Translations under genes and position numbers: made by a program
Source of the DNA: Chromera velia
Taxonomy: Eukaryota
Direction of reading: 5' to 3'
Length of the DNA stretch: 56,521 nucleotides
NCBI GenBank assembly: GCA_018398765.1
Contig: JAHBMJ010000115.1
Coordinates: 1-56,521 of the forward strand
In this document: in pieces, positions 50,401 through 56,521 of the stretch
Position numbering within the stretch: position 1 is the stretch's first letter
How the letters are laid out: the number at the start of each line of letters is the position of its first letter
Notes under the pieces: generated by a model
What the model was told of the DNA's origin: nothing
What the model saw: the letters and a program-made list of their open reading frames with translations, nothing else
Database searches by the model: none

Positions 50401-52085
50401 TCGGCAGGTCTTCTGGCAGCCGAACGAGGAGAACGTGGAGGGAACGCAGCAGGAGGAGGAGGCGAGGGGTCAGTCAGCACTCCTGCAGCTGCCTCTGCAG
50501 TTGCTGCTGACAGGCGTCTACTGGCTGAGTCAGAAGCGGGCAGCTTGTCTGACTTCTCAGACGACAGTATCTTGTCAGACCTGTCTGTACACTCTTCTGC
50601 ACTCTCCACAGCAGCAGTTGCCACAGTAGACAAAGAGAAGGAAAGCGGAACTGCCGGTCTGCTGGGTCAGCCCAGTGGAGGCGCTCAGCATCAGGGCGGG
50701 GGGGGATCTGTCGAGAGAAGAACGGTGGCAGCAGAGACGAACGCGGACGTCCCAACGGCAGCGGCTTCCACAATATCGGCATCGCCTTCGTTTGCCGGAG
50801 TGCCGGACAGTGCCGGGGCCTCTGTGACGGGTCCACTGAGTGCAGGCGGCCGGGGCCCTCGCGGGGCCAGTTCTGCGATGATGCGGGGGTCGGGAGGAGG
50901 GGGGAGCAGGAGAAGTGCGGCAGCAGGAGTTGGATCGGCTGTTGGCGGCAACGCCGCTGGTACCCTTCAGGGTCTTGGAGGTGGCGGAGGGGGACAGGTG
51001 GAGGGGGTTAGTGGGGCTACTGCGTCCAGTGCATCTGGCGCTGTTGGGTCTTCTCTGGGAGCAGCTGGCAGCGGTCCTTCCCTCAGTGCTGCAGGTGCCG
51101 CCTCTTCCTCTTCCTCGTTTGTGTCCCCTGCGGGACTTCAGGCGGTGGAGAGTTTCCTGGAGGCCGTCGAGGAACGCCTGTCGCCTCCCGAGTTCGACCA
51201 GCTGGTTGCCAACGTGATTCTTGTCTGGGTGATCGAGCATGGAGGGGACTCGGGGGTCAGTCTCGTTATTTGGGGGGTGGGGGGGGGGCAGGTTCTTTCG
51301 TGTTGCATGGATGGACAGTTGACCGTGAGACTGATTGTCCGTCAGTAGGACACAAATGAAAAGCAGAAACTGTCTGTCCGTACAGCTTCTTTGTCTGTCT
51401 GATGTTTTTGCCGTCCCTCGATCTTCTTTTCATGGGTCGATTGATTGAAAATTGAATGCCACCGTCCTGTACGAGTTGATCAAATGTTCTCTCCCTTCGT
51501 CCGCCTTCATGATTCCTGATTGCCCCTCGTTTTTCATTCCCGTTTGGCTCTCATTTCTGTCCTTCTGTCCGTTTGAGAGAGATACTGCAGGCTGCTGAGA
51601 GTGCCGGGCGGCTTCTCCAACGTATTCGTGACGAGTCTCTTCTATTGGAAGTCCACCTTTCCCTCGGAAACAGGGCGCAGGCGTTGGAGGTTGCAAAGAA
51701 AAGAGACGACCTTCGAGAAATGAAAAGAATCAGGTCAGCTAGAAAAGTCAGGTATCTGTAGAGTAGCTAAAGAAGTTTTGAATGGAGAAGAATGAAGAGA
51801 AGACCGCGGTGCAATCTGATATGTATGCAACTTCTTGAAATTCCGCTTTCCAATAATGTATCCCTGTCCATGGGGCTGTGAGATAGGCTTGCTGATTTCT
51901 GTTGTCAAGGCTTTGCAAACCATATCGATCGGACCTTAAGCAGCACATGACGTTGAAGTCACACAGTTCGCCGAAACGTTTACACGAATAGTTGTTCGTC
52001 TGCTTGCAGGAAGCTGGCCCTCGCAGCAGGAGACGACGCTCTCGCAGCACACATTGCAACACTTCTTCCCATCGAACATCAGTAG
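29430..52085 (+). CDS. ZFYVE26: Spastizin/ZFYVE26 (SPG15)-like protein, ~4,985 aa, 25 exons: 29430-31618, 32317-32937, 33248-33820, 34195-34501, 34736-35196, 35440-35862, 36150-37011, 37367-38058, 38438-38677, 38981-39362, 39588-40403, 40696-41424, 41774-42022, 42286-42516, 42702-44053, 44355-44412, 44678-46361, 46561-46966, 47421-47928, 48308-48432, 48707-48790, 49016-49466, 49960-51255, 51591-51733, 52010-52085
   Basis: All 24 introns are GT-AG with compatible phases (14,958 nt CDS). N-terminal NYLALGQFELARALL...SVPSSAHLQWL, WCLTGDEQVDAKLRASHSFAAAPSDTLAKQILSLC and the C-terminal helical region resemble plant and animal spastizin as recalled. Confidence 0.82.
31695..32165. repeat. Compound (TTCC/TTCA/TTCG)n microsatellite in intron 1 of the spastizin-like gene
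   Basis: Direct inspection. Confidence 0.92.
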
Positions 52086-53218
52086 AACTTATAAAAGCCT
52101 TTGCAATTTGTGCATTTAGTTTGTCTAGGAATTTTATTTGCATAAAAATGGTCAAATTAACGGTCGAAAACTGAAAAACTAGTTTTCACCTACAGGATCC
52201 CCAGTGATTCCTAGAGTGATTCCCCACATTAAAGAAGAAAACACAATGGTGCTTGCAGTGGTTGTATCAAATAACAACGTGATTGGAATTGATGTTATTT
52301 TTTTATGTTTGTTGCTGAAATTGAATTGAATCGAGGCGGTTTAAGTCGGTGAGCCACGACTGAGGCTCTGGCTAACCACTATAGTACGACGCCCTTTTTC
52401 CTCTCAGTTCAAACCCCCCTCGAGATCAGCAGTACTCAGCAGCCTATCAGTGAGAGCAGTCGCCCAGCCCGCTTCAAAGTTTCCTTTCAGACCCACAGCC
52501 CCCTTCTGTGCAGGAAAATTCGCTTTAATAAAGGAAATTATAAATAAAAGAACTCAATCAAACTTTTAAACGCTAGCATTGTCAAGAGGTGCACAAATAA
52601 GTTTCATAAATGCCAGTGAGTCATAATATTTGTATAAAACAATTTTGTTTAAATCGACTCATGCAATTTTAAATTAAAGACTTAATTAAGAGGTTCAAGT
52701 TATCAATATTTTAGATTGGTTTAATTTCACCTAAGTTTTTACTTATTTAGTCACTTATTTATAAGCGTATTTTCCCAATAAATTCACTTAAACTTTTAAA
52801 CTTCATCCCAGTATAATTTTTATCTAGATTTAGACACGCTGCTGCGTACTCAGTACGGGGGACCGGTGGTTACTAGAGCCCTTATACAATGCCATACGTG
52901 GGTCAGCTTCGATCAAGATTCGCTTTGTCAGTTGTTCGGAACTTGTTCCTTTTGAAATTGATTTTGTCTCGCTTTGAGTCTCAGTGACGCGCCGGGAGAA
53001 GGGGTGCGAGGTCCCTCGTTGTCTCAGGATCCAGTTAGGACAGTTAGCTTTTCACCGTTTCAACTGTCACGCTTCGTCTTCTCACCCTCCCTGCAGAATC
53101 CTCAACACAGATAGAGATGTTGCGTCAGACACTGCAAACAGCGATACATGCAGAGACATAATGATTATCAGAGAAGAGTATCCACACGGGATCGATCACA
53201 GCAAAGAAATGCAACTAG

Positions 53219-53232
53219 CACACACACACACA

Positions 53233-53271
<39 letters not shown>

Positions 53272-53558
53272 GCACACGCATACACACACACACACATACA
53301 CACACGCACACACATACACACACACACGCACACGCACACGCACATGCACACATACACATACACACACACACACATACACACATGCACACACACACGCACA
53401 CGCACACGCACATGCATACACACACGTACATGCACATGCACACGCATACGCACACATACACGCACACGCACACGCATACACACACGCATACGTACACGCA
53501 CATGCACACGCACACGCACACGCACGCACACACCACTAGACACATACACACACACCTA

Positions 53559-53595
<37 letters not shown>

Positions 53596-53651
53596 GCACA
53601 CACACCTAGACACACACACACACACACATACACACACACACACACACAGAC

Positions 53652-53682
<31 letters not shown>

Positions 53683-53694
53683 TACATATACACA

Positions 53695-53736
<42 letters not shown>

Positions 53737-53877
53737 TACACACACATACATACACACACACACACATACTCACACTCATACTCACACTCACACTCACACT
53801 CACACTCACACTCACACACACATACACATACACATACACATACACATACATACATATACACACACACACATACACAC
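53219..53877. repeat. ~660 bp compound (CA)n microsatellite with CACACG, CACATA and CACACT variants
   Basis: Direct inspection. Confidence 0.95.
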
Positions 53878-56224
53878 GGGATACACCTAACCAGTTAGGT
53901 GAGTGCCTCGGGGGGCGTGTAGGTGGCCGTAAAAGAAATGTGCGCTGGGCCTATATGCAAGCTTGGCGAGAAAAGTGGCTGAGGGAGGAATTGAAAGCAG
54001 GTGTTTCTCCGGCCAAATGTCTGGCACATATTAGAAGAAACAAAAGCAACAAAAAAAAAACGGAAAAAGAAGAAGATCGAACATCTATGCCTCTCACTCA
54101 CCGTCACTCTCCTCGAACATTGCTGGACCAAAACCTCTGCCGAGAGCTTATTTAATTGGGTCCTTCCTTTCTTCGATTCCCTTCCCCCAGCCGTTCGATC
54201 TCTGCCTGCAAACGTACAAGCAACAAACACAAAACATGAAACACCAGACAAGAAGAGAGAGGGAGAGAGAAGAGAAGCAGCCAGGAGTGACAACTTTATT
54301 TGGCCCTGGCATATACCTCAAATTGATCAGATTCCGATCCGACCATGATGAAGTAGAATGCACATTATGCATGCCCCCTTGATCGAAGCAGAGGAGGAAC
54401 GACATCCCCACTTACCGGCAGCTGCAAACGACTTCCGAAGCCTCATACCCCCAGAGCTGCATAGAGAAGGTCCACAAGGGCCACCGCTCCCTGCACCTGA
54501 TTTCCTTCCCTCACTCACCCTGCACGACCGAAAGCACGCAAAGAAGAAGCGACATAAACACGCGCACAAAGAGAAGAGAACAACCGCAGTGAAATCCCCC
54601 CACCCTACCCCTTTCTTCAATGTTCTTCGGATTCGGAACGACTGACAACCCCTCCCCCTGCACCTAGGACTGCTGTCAGAGCACATCAGGCAAAAAGCGT
54701 GACACTGCAACCAGGCTTGTGGGAAAAGAAAGCCCAGGTGCAGAAAAGCAGGACAGGGTGGGGAGACATGACATTGTGTCAGTTGCAAGGAGTATCCTCA
54801 ATCTGAACCTCTTCTCTGCTTTCTCAGCATGCCAATGCAAGACTGGATGCGAGATAGTGAGCGAGAGGCAGAGAGCTTCTTGCGCCCGAGTCACTCCAGA
54901 GCGAGGCGCGACCGAGCCAGGTGACTCGCCGCATCAATCCCCTCGCGACCGCCAGGGCCTTCTATGGACCAGTGAGCCTCGAGTCTCACGTGGGACCTTC
55001 AGCACCCTGTCACGTGCTTGCCACGGGGGGGGGGGGGCTGAAAGGGGGGGCTGCATGCTCTCTCTCATTCCCTGGCTGACCTCACCCAGAAGAGAAAGAA
55101 GTTGTCCAAAAAAAAGACCAATCAACCCCCCTCATCGACTCTCCGGGCAGGCAGGCAGGCAACTCTCGGCAGACAGGCGGGTAGACAAGAGAGGTTGTGA
55201 GGACAACACCAAATTGAATCCCGCTGCAGGAACGGGAAGGGGAAAAGGAAGGAAAGGGCACCGTCAAATGAGCTCTTCCCGTTCCCATTCTTTCACGTAG
55301 ACTTCTTGATGTACGCCGATAAAGGAAGCGAGCACGTGAACAAGGGAGAAGGTGGAAGAGACGAAGAAACATGAAGGAGGAGACTCACCTAAGGCATCAG
55401 ACAGTCAAAGCGACCACAACTAGACAGAAAATGACGCCGCCAAGAACCTGCAGGAACACTCAGAAGAGAAAGCAGAGAAGTTGAGAGTAAAAACCAAGAA
55501 AAGAAGAAGACTAACATGAAAAAAAGAAAAGAGAAGAGAAATATACATAAACGAGGTATGAACGCACCCAGCTGACAGTCCTTTTGGCATAATAGTTCAC
55601 CACAGCGTGCAAGAAAGCGGAATACGGTTCCGTCTACGGTCCTGCGTAATAGTGAACGAAGGAAGGCACCTGTCAGTCCTCCAGCCCCCTGAACGGCGTG
55701 TCATTTGAGAGAAACAGCGAAGCGAAAGACTCGGAAAAACCTTCAAGGGCACTGGACAAGCATCAATGGACTATAGGCTGGGAGATCTAGCTCTCGCGGA
55801 CATTGAATGGGCTTTCTCTACCATATGGAGACTCGCTGTAGACGGTCCAGGTTTTTGTTTTCTCTTGTGCCTCCATCCTCCATGCATGCAGAGATTCCTG
55901 CTGTACTTGACCAATCCTTTGGTGTGTGTTCTCTTGGTCTGGCTGGCACTTGAGATATTTACTCACATATGTACTCACCTTTGTGCGTGTGTTCACTGAA
56001 ATACGATAAGTGAGGGCTGTATTGAAATACTGCTGCATGGATGCCCAAAGCCCGAAAAGGCGCTCCGAAAGCACGTGAAGACGTTAGAGATGTAGAGGCA
56101 GATATACCGCATACCCTGGACATTAATTTGTGTGCATTTTTATAAAAAATAAATTATAGATGCATTCAACTTTAAAGAAATCTAGTCCTGAAGAAAATTT
56201 ACTTTTCAAATCATTTACTGTCAT

Positions 56225-56521
56225 TTAACATTGACATGAAACTTTTCTTTCCTTGCAATTTGTGACACAAAGTCTGATTTCTCTGTTCTCTCCCTGGGTG
56301 CACCGCTCATCTCCAAAGCAAGGGGGGTGTGCGGGGTTTGCACGACAGATTTCACACTGCGTGACAGGGCGATGAGCCGGCCTGGAAGGTTCAGTCTCAG
56401 CGGAAGGAAGCATTCTGTTGCATCTCCGGACTCCCCCGCAGACTCTAAGGGGGCCTTCGCATTTAAAACACAAGGCTTTTACGTGCAACCATAAGAGTTT
56501 CAGCTCTCCCATCCACACACC
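56225..56521 (-). CDS. Possible 3' end of a Cys-rich protein gene entering from beyond the window
   Basis: Frame is open to the window edge with CFKC, CEIC and further Cys, followed by AT-rich DNA with AATAAA-like composition; no family recognised. Confidence 0.3.
   Translation of the reverse strand, partial: GVWMGELKLLWLHVKALCFKCEGPLRVCGGVRRCNRMLPSAETEPSRPAHRPVTQCEICRANPAHPPCFGDERCTQGENREIRLCVTNCKERKVSCQC

Noticed and set aside
29679..51240. Many antisense and alternate-frame ORFs over the large gene
   Set aside because: Expected shadow ORFs of GC-rich coding exons; no independent motifs
52984..53875. His/Thr- and Cys/Val-rich ORFs
   Set aside because: Translations of the (CA)n microsatellite

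Overview
Eukaryotic, intron-rich nuclear DNA. Microsatellite-filled introns, G/A/S-rich insertions in proteins, abundant TGCATGCA motifs and a probably plastid-targeted gene suggest a chromerid alga such as Chromera velia (inferred, not verified). The left half (1-25 kb) is accessory and repeat-rich. It holds a head-to-head pair of paralogous intronless secreted proteins, a decayed APE+RT LINE interrupted by a solo LTR, and a 1.93 kb non-autonomous DNA element with 255 bp TIRs and two small internal ORFs. It also holds a TLDc gene with one in-frame stop, an ankyrin-like repeat gene with one frameshift, and a decayed multi-exon PIN-domain/Zn-finger gene. The central part of that PIN gene, including an intronic tRNA-Lys-like relic, is tandemly triplicated. 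The right half has two intact divergent genes: a 5-exon DUF92/VTE6-like gene (-) and a 25-exon, ~4,985 aa spastizin/ZFYVE26-like gene with no FYVE domain (+). In two repeat pairs aligned by eye every mismatch is a transition, several of them CpA->TpA, which hints at RIP-like or methylation-driven repeat mutagenesis. All homology calls come from motif recognition only.
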